Origin: the human T2T-CHM13v2.0 reference genome, Homo sapiens
DNA: 64,000 nt
Reading direction: 5' to 3' (one strand)
Assembly: GCF_009914755.1 (NCBI RefSeq)
Contig: NC_060940.1
Shown here: positions 12,665-28,000 of the stretch, piece by piece
Layout of the letters: every line of letters begins with the position of its first letter
Numbering within the stretch: the first letter of the stretch is position 1
The notes under the pieces: generated by a model
What the model saw: the letters and a program-made list of their open reading frames with translations, nothing else
The model's database searches: none
Told to the model about the DNA's origin: nothing
Translations under genes and position numbers: made by a program

Positions 12665-15600
12665 ATGACTCCATTTGATCCCATTCGATGATTTCCTTTG
12701 ATTCCCTTTGATGATCATTCCATTTGATTCAATTCGGTGATTTCATTTGATTCCATTCAGTGATGTTTCCATTCGACTCCATTCGATGATGATTCCATTC
12801 GACTACATTCGATTATGATTTCATTCAATTCCATTCGATAAAGATTCCCTTCGAGTCCAAACTATGATTCCATTCGATTCCATTCAACGATGATTTGATT
12901 CGTGTCCATTCGATGATTCCATTTGATTCCACTTGATGAGGATTCCATTCGAGTCCATTTGATGATTCCATTCAATTCCATTCTCCGATGATTTCTTTTG
13001 AGCCCATTCAATGCTTCCACTCGATTACATATGATGATGACTCCATTCGATGAAACTCGATGATGATTCCATTCGCTTGCATTCGATGATGATTCCACTT
13101 GAGTCCGTTAGAAGATTCTATTCAATTACATTCCATGACGATTCTGTTCGAGTCCATTTGATGATTCCATTACACTCCATTCGACAATGATTCCATTCAA
13201 TGTTATTCGATGATTCCATTCGATCTCATTCGATGATGATTCCATTCAAGTCCATTCGATGTTTCCATTCGAGTTCATTCTATTATTCCATTAGATTCCA
13301 TTCGATGATGATTCCATTCGATTCCATTTGATGATTGCATTCTATTTCATTTGATGATGATTCCATTCGAGTCCATTCGATGATTCCATTCGAGTCCATT
13401 TAATGAATCCATTGGTTTCAATTCTATGATGATTATATTGGATTCCATTCGTTGATGATTTCATTCGATTCCATTCAATGATGATTCCATTCAATTCCAT
13501 TCAATGATTCCATTCAATTCCATACGATGATGATTCCATTTGATTTGATTCGACAGTGAGCCATTCGATTCAATTCCATGATGATTCTGTTTGATTCACT
13601 TGGTTGACATTTCCATTCGATTCCATTCGATGATGATTCCATTTGATTCCATTCAAAGATGATTCCATTCTAGCCCATTCAATCATTCCATTCGATTCTA
13701 TTCAATGATGATTCCATTCATGTCGATTTGGTGATTCCATTTGACTTCATTTGATGATGATTCCTTTCAAGTTCATTAGATGATTCCATTCGATTCCATT
13801 TGATGATGATCCCATTCGAGTCCATTCAGTGATTCCACTCGTTTCCATTCCATGATGATTCCATTCCATTCCATTCAATGATTCCATTCGATTCCGTTTG
13901 ATGATGATTTCATTCGAGTCCATTTGATGATTCCATTTGATTCCATTCGATGATGATTCCATTCGAGTCCATTCGATGATTCTATTCGAATCCATTTGAT
14001 GATTTCTTTTGATTATATTTGGTGATGATTCCATTGGAGTCCATTCAATGATTCCATTCGATTCCAATCGATGGTGGTTCCATTAGAGTCCATTTAATGA
14101 TTCCATTTGATTCCAGTCTCTGATGTTTACATTCGAGTCCATACGATGATTCCACTCAATTCCATATGATGATGATTCCATTCGATTCCATTCGATGATT
14201 CCATTCTATTCTATTCAATGGTGATTCCATTCGAGTACATTAGATGATTCCATTCGATTCCATTCAATGATGATTCTATTTGTGTCCCTTAGATGATTCC
14301 ACATGATTCCATTAGATGATGATACTATTTGAGCCCATCCAATGATTCCCTTCGATTCCATTCGATGAGGATTCCATTCGATTCAATTCATTGGTGATTC
14401 TATTCAATTCAATTCTTTGATTCAATTCCATTCCATTCGACAATGATTCCATTCGATTTCTTTCGATGATTCCACTCAATTTCACTTGACATTGATTCCA
14501 TTCGATTCCATTCAATGATTCCATTTGATTCCAGTGGATGATGATTGCCGTCGATTCCATTCGATCACTCCATTCTGTTCCATTTGATGATGATTACATT
14601 CGATTCCATTTGATGATTCCATCTGATTCTATTCGAGGATTCCATTTGATTCCATTCGATGATGATTCCATTCGAGTCCATTCGATGGTTTCATTCGAGT
14701 ACATCCAATGATTCCATTCGAGTCCATTTGATGATTCCATTTCATTCCATTTGATTATGATTCTACTAGAGTCCATTCAATGACTCCATTCGAGTCCATT
14801 CAACAGTTCCATCCGAGTCCATTCGATGATTCCATTCGATTCCATTTGATGATTCCATTCGAGTCCATTTAATCATTACAGTCGAGTCCATTTGGTGATT
14901 CCACTGGATTTCTTTTGATAATGATACCATTCAATTACATTTGATGATGATCCCATTCAATTTCATTTGATGATGATTCCATTAGAGTCCATTCCCTGAT
15001 TTCATTCGAGTCCCTTCATTGATTCCATCCGATTTCATTTCATGATGACTCCATTCGAGTCCATTCGATGATTCCACTCGATTCCTTTAGATGATTCCAT
15101 TGGAGTCCATTTGATTGTTCCATTCGATTCCATTCGATTCCTTTCGAAGATTATTCCATTTGAGTCCATTCGATGATGATTCCATTCCATTCCATTCGAT
15201 GATTCCGTTTGATTCCATTCGATGATTCCCTGCGATTCCTTTCTATGATGATTCCATTCCATTCCATTCAATGATTCCATTCGAATGTATTCCATGATGA
15301 TTCCTTTCGATTCCATTCGCTGATGTTTCCGTTCAATTCCATTCGATGATGATTCCATTCGATTCCATTCATTGAGGATTCCATTGGATTCCATTCAATG
15401 ATGATTCCATTCTATTCCATTCAATGATTGCATTCAATTCCATTCAATGATTATGCCATTAGAGTAAATTCAACGATTCCATTCAATACCATTCGATGAT
15501 GATTCCTTTTGAGTCCATTCAATGATTTCATTCAAGTCCATTTGATGATTCCTTTCAATTCCATTCCATGATGATTCCATTCGAGTCCATTCGATGATTC

Positions 15601-18600
15601 CATTCGATTGCATTCGATGATTCCATTATATTCCATTCAACGATGATTCCATTCGAGTCCATTCGATGATTCCATTAGAGTACATTTAATGATTGCTTTG
15701 TTTTCAATTCGAAGATGATTACATTGGATTCCATTCTATGATTCCATTCGATTGCATTCATTGATGATTCCACCCAATTCCATTCGATGATGATTCCATT
15801 CGATTTCAATGATTCTACACGATTCCATTCAATGATGATTCAATTCTATTCCGTTTGATGATTCCATTAGATTCCATTCTATGATGATTCCATTCGAGTC
15901 CATTCGAAGATTTCATTCGATTACATTCCATGACGATTCCATTCGAGTCCATTCGATGATTCCATTTGAATCCATTCGACGATGATTCCATTTGATGCTA
16001 TCCGATGATTCCATTGGATTCCATTCGATGATGATTCCATTCGACTTGATTTGATGTTTCTATTTGAGTCCATTCGGTTATTTTATTAGACTACATTCGA
16101 TGATGATTCCATTCGATGCCATTCAATGATTCCATTTGATTCCACTCAATGATGATTGCATTCGTGTCCATTCGATGATTCCATTTGGTTCCATTTGATG
16201 ATGATTCCATTCGAGTCCATTCGATGATACCATTCAATTCCATTCGATGATCATTCCATTCGAATCCATTTGATGATTCCACTCAATTCCATTTGATGAC
16301 TCCTTTCATTCCCATTCGATGATTCCCTTCAGTTCCAATTGGATGATCTTTCCATTTGATTCAATATGGTGACTCCATTCTATTATATTCAATGATGATT
16401 CCATTCGACTCCATTAGATGATGACTCCATTCCATTCCATTCGATTGTGATTTCATTCGATTCCATTCGAAGATGATTCCATTCGAGTCCATTTGATGAT
16501 TCCATTCGATTCCATTCAATGATGATTCCACTCAAATCCATTGGATGATTCCATTCGTTTCCAATTGGTGATTTCATTAGATTCCATTCGAGGATGATTC
16601 TATTCGAGTCCATTCAATGATTCCATTGGATTCCGTTTGATAATGATTCCATTAGAGTTCATTCGATGATTCCCTTCGAGTCCATTCGATTATTTCTTTT
16701 GATTCCATTTGATGATGATTCCATTCGATTCCATTCAATGATTCCATTCCATTCCATTCGATGATGATTCCATTCGATAATGATTACATTCGAGCCCATG
16801 TGATGATTCCATTAGATTCTATTCAATGATGATTCCATTCGACCACATTCGATGATGGCATTCGAGTCCATTCGATGATTTCACTCGATTCCACTTGATG
16901 ATGATTCCTTTTGAGTCCATTTGATGATTACATTCGAGTCCATGAGATGACTCCATTCGATTCCATTTCATGATGATGCAATTCGAGGCTATTCGATCAT
17001 CCCATTTTAGTGCATTCGGTGATTCTCTTTTATTACATTCGATGAGGGCTCCATTCGAGTCCATTCAATGATTCCATTAGATTCCACTCGATGATGATTC
17101 CATTTGAGTCCATTCAAAGATTCCTTTCGAGTCCATTCGATAATTCTATTGGATTCCACTAGGTGATGATTCCTTTCGAGTCAATTCGATGATTCCTTTC
17201 AAGTGCCTTCAATGATTCCATTCGATTCCATTCGATGACGATTCATTTCAAGTCCATTCAATGGTTCCATTCTGTTGAATTTGATGGTTCCATTTGATTC
17301 CATTCGATGATGATTCCATTCGTGTCCATTGGATGATTCCATTCGATTCCTTTCGAGGAAGATTCCATTCGACTCCATTCGATGATTCCGTTCGATTCCA
17401 TTCCATGATGATTCCATTTGATTCCATTCCATGATTCCATTCGATACCATTCGATGATGATTCCATTCGACTCCATTTGATGAATCCATTCAATGCTTCC
17501 ATTCGAGTCCATTCGATGATTCCATTCGATTCCATTCCATGAAGATTCCATTCGAGTACATTTGATGATTCCATTTAATTCCATAGGATGATGATTCTAT
17601 TAGGGTCCGTTGACTATTCCATTCAATTCCATTCGAAGATTCCATTCGAGTCCACTCGATGATTCTATTTGATTCCATTTGATAATTCCATTCGATTCCA
17701 TTTGATGTTGATTCCATTCGAGTCCATTCGATCATTATTACATTTGATTCTATTCGATGATTCCATTCGATTCCATTTGATGAGGATTCCATTCGAGACC
17801 ATTTGATGATTCCATTCAATTCCATTGGATGATTCCAATATTTTCCATTAGATGATGATTCCATTCGATTCCATTCAATGATGATTCCATCAGAATCCAT
17901 TCGATGATGACTCCTTTTGCTTCCATTCAATGATCATTACATTCGGTTCCATTCGATGATGATTCCTTTGGATTCCATTCGATGATGCTTCCATTCGATT
18001 CCATTTGATGATGATTCTTTTCGATTCCATTTGATGATGATTCCATTTGATTCCATTCGATGGTGATTCCATTTGATGATTCCATTCGATTGTATTCGAT
18101 GATGATTCCACTCGATTCTATTTGATGATGACTGCATTCGATTCCATTTGATGATTCCATTTGATTCCATTCGATGATGATTCTGATCAATTGCATTCGA
18201 TGATCCATTCGATTCCATTTGATGGTTCCATTTGATTCCATTTGATAATGATTCCTTTCGAGTCCATTCGATGATTCCATTTGCGGATATTCGATAATTC
18301 CATTTGAGTCCAACCGATGATTCCATTCGAGGCCATTCAATCATTCTTTTTGAGTCCTTTCGATAAAGATTCCATTTTAGTCCATTCAATAATTCCACTG
18401 GAGTCCATTCGATGATTGCTTTTAATTCCATTCGATGATATTCCATTCGAGTCCATTCGATGATTCCATTCGTTGCTATTAGATGATGATTCCATTCATG
18501 ACCATTTGGTGATTCCATTCGATTTCATTCGTTGATGATTCCATTCGAGTCCATTCCATGATTCCATTCAAGTCCATTTGATGATTTCTTTGAATTCAAT

Positions 18601-21600
18601 TCGATGATGATTCCATTCGAGTCCATTCGATGATTCCATTCAGTTCCATTCGATGATGATTCCTTTCGAGACCATATGATGATTCCATTTGATTTCATTC
18701 GATGATGATTCCATTCGATTCCATTCGATGATTCCATTCTATTCCATTCGATGATGATTCCATTCGAGTCCATTTAATGATTCCATTGGGTTCAATTCAA
18801 TGATGATTACATTGGATTCTCTTCTATGATACCATTCAATTCCGTTCATTGACAATTTGATTCCATTCGATGATGATTCCATTTGAGTTCATTCGATGAT
18901 TCTATTCGATTCTCTTCGATGGTGATTCAATTCTATTATATTGGATGATTCCATTCGATTCCATTTGATGTTGATTCAATTCGATTCTATTCGATGATGA
19001 TTCCATTGGATTTCATTTGATGATTCTATTCGATTCCATTCAATGATGATTCACTTCTCGTCCATTGGATGATTCCATTTCATTCCATTCGATGATGATT
19101 CCATTCGATTCCATTCGATGATTCCATTTGATTCCATTCGACGGTGAGCAATTCGATTCAATTCCATGATGATTCTATTTGATTCAGTTAGATGATGTTT
19201 CCATTCGAATCCATTCCATGATTATTCCATTGGAATCCATTCGGCGATGATTCCATATGAGTCAATTCAATGATGCTTCCATATGGGTCAGTTCGATGAT
19301 AATTCCATTTGATTTCATTCGATGCTTCTATTCAATTCCAGTCGATGATGATTCCGTTGGAGTCCATACGATGACTCCATTTGATGTCATTTGATGATGA
19401 TTCCATTCGATTCCATTCGATGACTCCATTCTGTTCCATTCGATGATGATTCCATTCGAGTCCATTCGATGATTCCATTCGAGTCCATTTCATGATTCCA
19501 TTGGGTTCAATTCGATGATGATTACACTGGATTCCATTCTATGATTCCATTCAATTCCATTCGTTGATGATTCGATTCCATTCAATGATGATTCCATTTG
19601 AGTTCATTCGATGATTCTATTCGATTCCGTTCGATGGTGATTCAATTCTATTATATTGGATGATTCCATTCGATTCCATTTGATGATGATTCCATTCGAT
19701 TCCATTCGATGATGATTCCATTTGATTCCATTTGATGTTGATTCTATTCGATTCTATTCAATGATGATTCCATTCGATTTCATTTGATGATTCTATTCGA
19801 TTCCTTTCGATGATTCTATTCCATTCCATTCGATGATGATTCAATTCTCTTCCATTGGATGATTCCATTTTATTCCATTCGACGATGACTCCATTTGATT
19901 CCATTCAATGATGATTCCATTCGATTCCATTCGGTGATTCCATTTGATTCCATTCGACGGTGAGCAATTTGATTCAATTCCATAATGATTCTATTTGATT
20001 CAATTAGATGATGTTTCCATTCGAATCCATTCGGTGATGATTCCATTGGTATCCATTCGACGATGATTCCATATGAGTCAATTCGATGATGATTCCATAC
20101 GAGTCCGTTGGATGATAATTCCATTTGATTTCATTCATTCCTTCTATTCGATTCCACTTGATGATGATTCCATCTGAATCCATTCTCCGATTCCATTCGA
20201 TTTCATTCGATGCTTCTATTTGATTTCATTCGAAGATGATTCCTTTCAATTCCGTTCATTAATTCCATTTGATTCCATTCGATGATGATTCCATCCGATT
20301 CCATTGGATGATGATTCCATTCGAGTCCATTCGATGATTCCGTTCTAATCCATTCTATGATTCCATTCGAGTCCATTCGATGATTCCATTCGATTCCATT
20401 CAGTGATGATTCCATTTGATTCCATCTGATGATGATTTCATTTGATTCCATTCGATGATGATTCCATTGGAGTCCATTGAATGATTCAATTCAATTCCAT
20501 TCCATGTGGATTCCATTCGAATTCATTCGATTATTCCCTTCAAATCCCTTCGTTGATTCCATCTGATTCCACTTGACGATGATTCCATTCAAGTCCAATC
20601 GATGATTCCATTCGGTTCCATTCAATGATTCCATTCGAGTCCATTTATGTATTATATTCGTGTCCACTTGATGACTCCATTCAATTCCATTTAATGATGA
20701 TTCCATTTGATTCCATTTGATGATTCAGTTCGATTCCTTACAATGATTCCCTACGATTCCTTTCTATGATGATTCCATTCGATTCCATTCATTGATGATT
20801 CCATTCGACTCCATTCGATGATGATTCCTTTCGATTCCATTTGACGATGTTTCCATTTGAGTCCATTCGATGATGATTCCATTGGTATCCATTCGACGAT
20901 GATTCCATATGAGTCAATTCGATGATGATTCCATACGAGTCCGTTGGATGATAATTCCATTTGATTTCATTCAATCCTTCTATTCGATTCCATTTGATGA
21001 TGATTCCATCTGAATCCATTCTCCGATTCCATTCGATTTCATTCGATGCTTCTATTTGATTTCATTCGAAGATGATTCCTTTCAATTCCATTCATTAATT
21101 CCATTTGATTCCATTCGATGATGATTCCATCCGATTCCATTGGATGATGATTCCATTCGAGTCCATTCGATGATTCCGTTCTAATCCATTCTATGATTCC
21201 ATTCGAGTCCATTCGATGATTCCATTCGATTCCATTCAGTGATGATTCCATTTGATTCCATCTGATGATGATTTCATTTGATTCCATTCGATGATGATTC
21301 CATTGGAGTCCATTGAATGATTCAATTCAATTCCATTCCATGTGGATTCCATTCGAATTCATTCGATTATTCCATTCAAATCCCTTCGTTGATTCCATCT
21401 GATTCCACTTGACGATGATTCCATTCAAGTCCAATCGATGATTCCATTCGGTTCCATTCAATGATTCCATTCGAGTCCATTTATGTATTATATTCGTGTC
21501 CACTTGATGACTCACTCCATTCAATTCCATTTAATGATGATTCCATTTGATTCCATTTGATGATTCAGTTCGATTCCTTACAATGATTCCCTACGATTCC

Positions 21601-22023
21601 TTTCTATGATGATTCCATTCGATTCCATTCATTGATGATTCCATTCGACTCCATTCGATGATGATTCCTTTCGATTCCATTTGACGATGTTTCCATTTGA
21701 GTCCATTCGATGATGATTCAATTCAGTTCTGTTCTATTGTGAATCCATTCGATTTCATTCAATGCTTCTATTTGATTCCATTCGACGATGATTCCATCTC
21801 TTTCCCTTCGATGATTCCATTTGATTCCATTCAGTGATGATTCCATTTGATTCCATCTGATGATGATTTCACTTGATTCATTTCAGTGATGATTCCATTC
21901 AAGTCCATTCGATGATTCCATTGGAGTCCAAACGATCATTCCATTCGATTCCATTCAATGATGATTCCATTCATGTCCATTCAATGAATCCTTTCAATTC
22001 CATTCGATGATGACTCCATTCGA
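12665..22023 (+). repeat. Macro-repeat type A, copy A2 (truncated, about 9.36 kb, near-identical to 1-9363)
   Basis: Offset is 12664, then 12660 after a 4-bp indel near 20672 (ORFs 8091/20751, 8379/21039). The match ends at 'gactccattcga|gtac' (9363) vs 'gactccattcga|ttcc' (22023). Confidence 0.92.
20035..21719 (+). repeat. 836+840-bp tandem duplication within A2
   Basis: ORFs 20203/21039 are at offset 836; the first copy lacks the 4-bp 'ctca' insertion. Confidence 0.9.
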
Positions 22024-25000
22024 TTCCATTCGATGATTCCATTCAATTCCATTCGATGATGATTCCATTCCAGTCCATATGATCATTCCATTTGATTTCA
22101 TTCGATGATGATTCCATTCGATTCCATTCGATGATTCCATTCTATTCCATTCGATGATGATTCTATTCGAGTCCATTCGATGATTCCATTCGAGTCCATT
22201 TAATGATTCCATTGGGTTCAATTCAATGATGATTACATTGGATTCCGTTCTATGACTCCATTCAATTCCGTTCATTGACAATTTGATTCCATTCGATGAT
22301 GATTCCATTTGAGTTCATTCGATGATTCTATTCGATTCTCTTCGATGGTGATTCAATTCTATTATATTGGATGATTCCATTCGATTCCATTTGATGTTGA
22401 TTCAATTCGATTCTATTCGATGATGATTCCATTGGATTTCACTTGATGATTCTATTCGATTCCATTCAATGATGATTCACTTCTCGTCCATTGGATGATT
22501 CCATTTCATTCCATTCGATGATGATTCCATTCGATTCCATTCGATGATTCCATTTGATTCCATGCGACGGTGAGCAATTCGATTCAATTCCATGATGATT
22601 CTATTTGATTCAATTAGATGATGTTTCCATTCGAATCCATTCCATGATTATTCCATTGGAATCCATTCGGCGATGATTCCATATGAGTCAATTCAATGAT
22701 GATTCCATATGGGTCCGTTCGATGATAATTCCATTTGATTTCATTCGATGCTTCTATTCTATTCCAGTCGATGATGATTCCGTTGGAGTCCATACGATGA
22801 TTCCATTTGATTTCATTTGATGATGATTCCATTCGATGATGATTACATTGGATTCCATTCTATGATTCCATTCAATTCCATTCGTTGATGATTCGATTCC
22901 ATTCAATGATGATTCCATTTGAGTTCATTCGATGATTCTATTCGATTCCGTTCGATGGTGATTCAATTCTCTTATATTGGATGATTCCACTCGATTCCAT
23001 TTGATGATTATTCCATTGGAGTCCACTTAGTGAATCCTTTAGATTCTACTCGAAGATGATTCCATTCGAGTCCATTCAATGATACCATTCAATTTCATTC
23101 GTTGATGCTTCCATTTAAGTGCATTCGATGATATCATTCGATTCCATTTGATGATAATTCCATTTGATTCCATGCGATGATTCTATTCGATTCCATTCAA
23201 TGATAATTCCATTCAATTCAGTGATTCCTCTGGACTCCATTTGATGATGATTCCATTCAATGATTCCATTCGATTCTATTCCAAAATGATTCCATTTGAA
23301 TCCATTTGATGATGATTCCATTAGATTCCATTTGATGATTCCATTCAATTGCATTTGACGATGATTCCATTCGATTCCATTTGATGATTCCATTCTATTC
23401 TATTCTATGATGATTCCATTCGATTCCATTTGATGATGATTGGATTCGATTCCATTTGATGATTTCATTTGATTCCATTCGTTAATGATTTCGATCAACT
23501 CCATTCGATGATTCCATTTGATTCCATTCGATAATGATTACATCCGAGTCCATTCGATGATTCCATTTGAGCCCGTTCGATAATTCCATTTGAGTCCAAT
23601 CAATGATTCCATACATTTCCATTCAATGATTCCATTCGAGTCCATTTGATCATTCTGGTAGGGTCCGTTCGATGTTGATTCCATTGGAGTGCATTCGATG
23701 ATTCCATTCGAGTCCATTTTATGATTTGATTCGAGTCCTTTCGATGATTCCATTCGATTCCACTCGATGATGATTTCATTCGAGTCCATTCGACACTTCC
23801 AATCGATTCCATTTGATGTTTCCATTCGAGTCCAATTGATGATTCCATTCAATTGCATTCGATGATGATTCCGTACGACTCCATTCTGTGATGATTCCAT
23901 GTGATTGCATTCAATGATGATTCCTTTCGACTGCATTCGATTATGATTCATTTCGTGTTCATTCTATGGTTCCACAGGTTTCCATTCGATGACGTTTCCG
24001 TTCGTGTCCATTCCATTATTCCATTCTATTTCATTTGATGATGATTCCATTCGATTCCATTCATTGGTGATTCCACTCAATTCCATTCAATGATTCCATT
24101 CCATTTCTTTCAACAATGATTCCATTAGTTTCTATTCGATGATCCACTTGATTCCATTTGGCGATGATTCCATTCGTGTCCATTCGATGATTCCATTTGA
24201 TTCCATATGATGATGATTCCATTCGATTCCATACCATGATGATTCCATTCGAGTCCATTCAATGGTGATTCCATTCAATTCCATTCGATGATTCCTTCCG
24301 ATTCCATTCGATGATGATGGCATTCGATTCCTTTCAATCATTCCCTTTGATTCCATTCAAAGGTGATTTCATTCAAGTCCATTCGATAATTGCATTCGAT
24401 TCCATTCTATGATGATTCCATTCGAGTCCATTTGATGATTCCATTCAATTCAAGTCAATGATGATTCCATTCGATTCCACTCGATGATTCCATTGGATTC
24501 CATTCGATGATGATTCCATTCAAATCCATTCGATAATTCAATTCAAGTCCATTCGATGATGATTCCAATCGAATCCATTCAAAGATTCCATTCAATTCCA
24601 TTCGATGATGATTCCCTTAGATTCCATTCGATGATTCCACTTGATTCCATTTACGATGATTCCATTCGATTCCATGTGATGAATCCATTCAGTTCTATTC
24701 AATGATGTTTCCATTTGATTCCATTGGACCATGATTGCCTTTGATTCCATTCAATGATTCCATTCGGTTCCATTTGATGATGATTCCGTTCGATTCCATT
24801 TCATTATTCCATTTGATTCCATTGGATGAGTCCATTCGATTACATTCGATGATTATTCCATTCGAGTGCATTAGATGATTGCATTCGAGTCCATTCGATG
24901 ATTCCATTCGATTCCATTCGATGTTGATTCTGTTCAAATCCATTCGATGATTCCACTCGATTCCATTCGATGACTCCATTTGATCCCATTCGATGATTTC

Positions 25001-28000
25001 CTGTGATTCCCTTTGATGATCATTCTATTTGATTCAATTCGGTGATTTCATTTCATTCCATTCAGTGATGTTTCCATTCGACTGTATTCGATGATGATTC
25101 CATTCGACTCCATTCGATTATGATTTCATTCAATTCCATTCAATAATGATTCCCTTCGAGTCCATTCGATGATTCCATTCGATTCCATTCAACGATGATT
25201 TGATTCGTTTCCATTCGATGATTCCATTTGATTCCACTTGATGATGATTCCATTCGAGTCCATTTGATGATTCCATTCGAGTCTATTTATGTATTATATT
25301 CGTGTCCACTTCATGATTCCATTCAATTCCATTTAATGTTGATTCCATTTGATTCCATTTGATGATTCAGTTCGATTCCTTGCAATGATTCCCTACGATT
25401 CCTTTCTATGATGATTCCATTCGATTCCATTCATTGATGATTTCATTCGACTCCATTCGATGATGATTCCTTTCGATTCCATTTGACGATGTTTCCATTC
25501 GAGTCCATTCGATGATGATTCTATTCAATTCTGTTCTATTATGATTCCATTCGATTTCATTCAATGCTTCTATTTGATTCCATTCGATGATGATTCCATC
25601 TCTTTCCCTTCGATGATTCCATTTGATTCCATTCAGTGATGATTCCATTTGATTCCATCTGATGATGATTTCACTTGATTCCTTTCAATGATGATTCAAT
25701 TCAAGTCCATTCGATGATTCCATTGGAGTCCAAACGATCATTCCGTTCGATTCCATTCAATGGTGATTCCATTCATGTCCATTCGATGAATCCATTCAAT
25801 TCCATTCGATGATGACTCCATTCGAGTACATTCGATGATTCCATTTGATTCCATTTGAAGATGATTCCATTCAATTCCATTCGAAGATGATTCCATTCAA
25901 TTCCATTCGATGATGATTCCGTATGAATCCATTCTCTGATTATTCCATTCGATTCCATTCATTGACGATTCCATTCAATTCCATTCAATGATGATTCTCT
26001 TCTATTCCATTCGATGATTCCGGTCGATTCCATTCGATGATGATTCCATTAGATTCCATTCGATTGTTGCATTCGATTCCCTTCGATGATGATTCCTTTG
26101 AATTCCATTCGATTATCATTCCGTATGAATCCATTTGATGATTATTCCATTGGATTCCTTTCGATGATGATTCCATTCGATTCCATTTGATGATGTTTCT
26201 CTTGTATTCCATTGGATAATTCCTTTCAGTTCCCTTCGATGATTATTCTTTCGAGTCAATTCGATGATTCTATTCCATTCCCTTCGATGATGATTCCATT
26301 TCACTCCATTTGATGATTCCATTCGACTCAATTTGGTGATGATTCAATTCGATGACATTCGATGACTCCATTCAATTTCATTTGATGATGATTACATTCG
26401 AGTCCATTTGATGATTGTATTCCTTTCCTTTTGATGATTATTCCATTCGTGTCTATTCAAAGGTTCCATTCTATTCCATTCAATGATGATTGCATTTGAT
26501 TCCATTCAATGATTATGGCTATCGATTCCACTCGTTGATTCCATTTGATTCCGTTCGATGATTATTCCGTTAGATTCCATTAGAAGATTCCATTCGATTT
26601 TATTCAATGATTCCAATGGATTCCATTCAATGATGATTCCATTCGACACCATTCAGTGATTCCATTCGAGTCCATTTGATGATTCCATTCTTTTGCATTT
26701 GATGATGATTCCATTAGGGTCCATTCAATGATTCCATTCGAGTCCATTCGTTAATGCCTTTCGAGTCCTTTTGATCACTACATTCGAGTCCATTCAATGA
26801 TTCTATTCGATTCCATTCCATGATGATTCCATTCGAGTTCATTCGATGATTGCATTCGAGTCCATTTGATGATTCCATATGATTCCCTTCGACAATGATT
26901 CCATTCGTGTCCATTTGACGATTCCATTCATTTCCTATCGATGAAGATTCCATTCAAGTGTATTCGATGATTCCATTCAAATCCATTCGATGATGATTCC
27001 ATTCCAGTCCATTCGATCATTCCACTTGATTCCATTTGATGACTATTCCATTCAAATCCATTTGATGATTCCATTCGATTCCATTCGATGTTACCATTCG
27101 AGTATACACGATGATTCCACTCGATTCCATTTGATGATTATTCCATTGGAGTCCACTTAGTGAATCCTTTAGATTCTACTCGAAGATGATTCCATTCGAG
27201 TCCATTCCATGATACCATTCAATTCCATTCGTTGATGCTTCCATTCAAGTACATTCGATGATATCATTCGATTCCATTTGATGATAATTCCATTTGATTC
27301 CATGCGATGATTCTATTCGATTCCATTCAATGATAATTCCATTCAATTCAGTGATTCCTCTGGACTCCATTTGATGATGATTCCATTCAATGATTCCATT
27401 CGATTCTATTCGAAAATGATTCCATTTGAATCCATTTGATGATGATTCCATTGGATTCCATTTGATGATTCCATTCGATTCCATTCGATGATGATTCCAT
27501 TCGATTCCTTTTGATGATTCCATTCTATTGTATTCGATGATGATTCCATTCGATTCCATTCGATGATGATTGGATTCGATTCCATTTGATGATTTCATTT
27601 GATTCCATTCGATAATGATTTCGATCAATTCCATTCGATGATTCCATTCGATTCCATTCGATAGTGATTACATCCGAGTCCATTCGATGATTCCATTTGA
27701 GCCCGTTCGATAATTCCATTTGAGTCCAATCAATGATTCCATTCATTTCCATTCAATGATTCCATTCGAGTCCATTTGATCATTCCGGTAGGGTCCATTC
27801 GATGTTCATTCCATTGGAGTGCATTCGATGATTCCATTCGAGTCCATTTTAGGATTTGATTCGAGTCCTTTCGATGATTCCATTCGATTCCACTCGATGA
27901 TTTCATTCGAGTCCATTCGACACTTCCAATCGATTCCATTTGATGTTTCCATTCGATTCCAATTGATGATTCCATTCAATTCCATTCGATGATGATTCCG

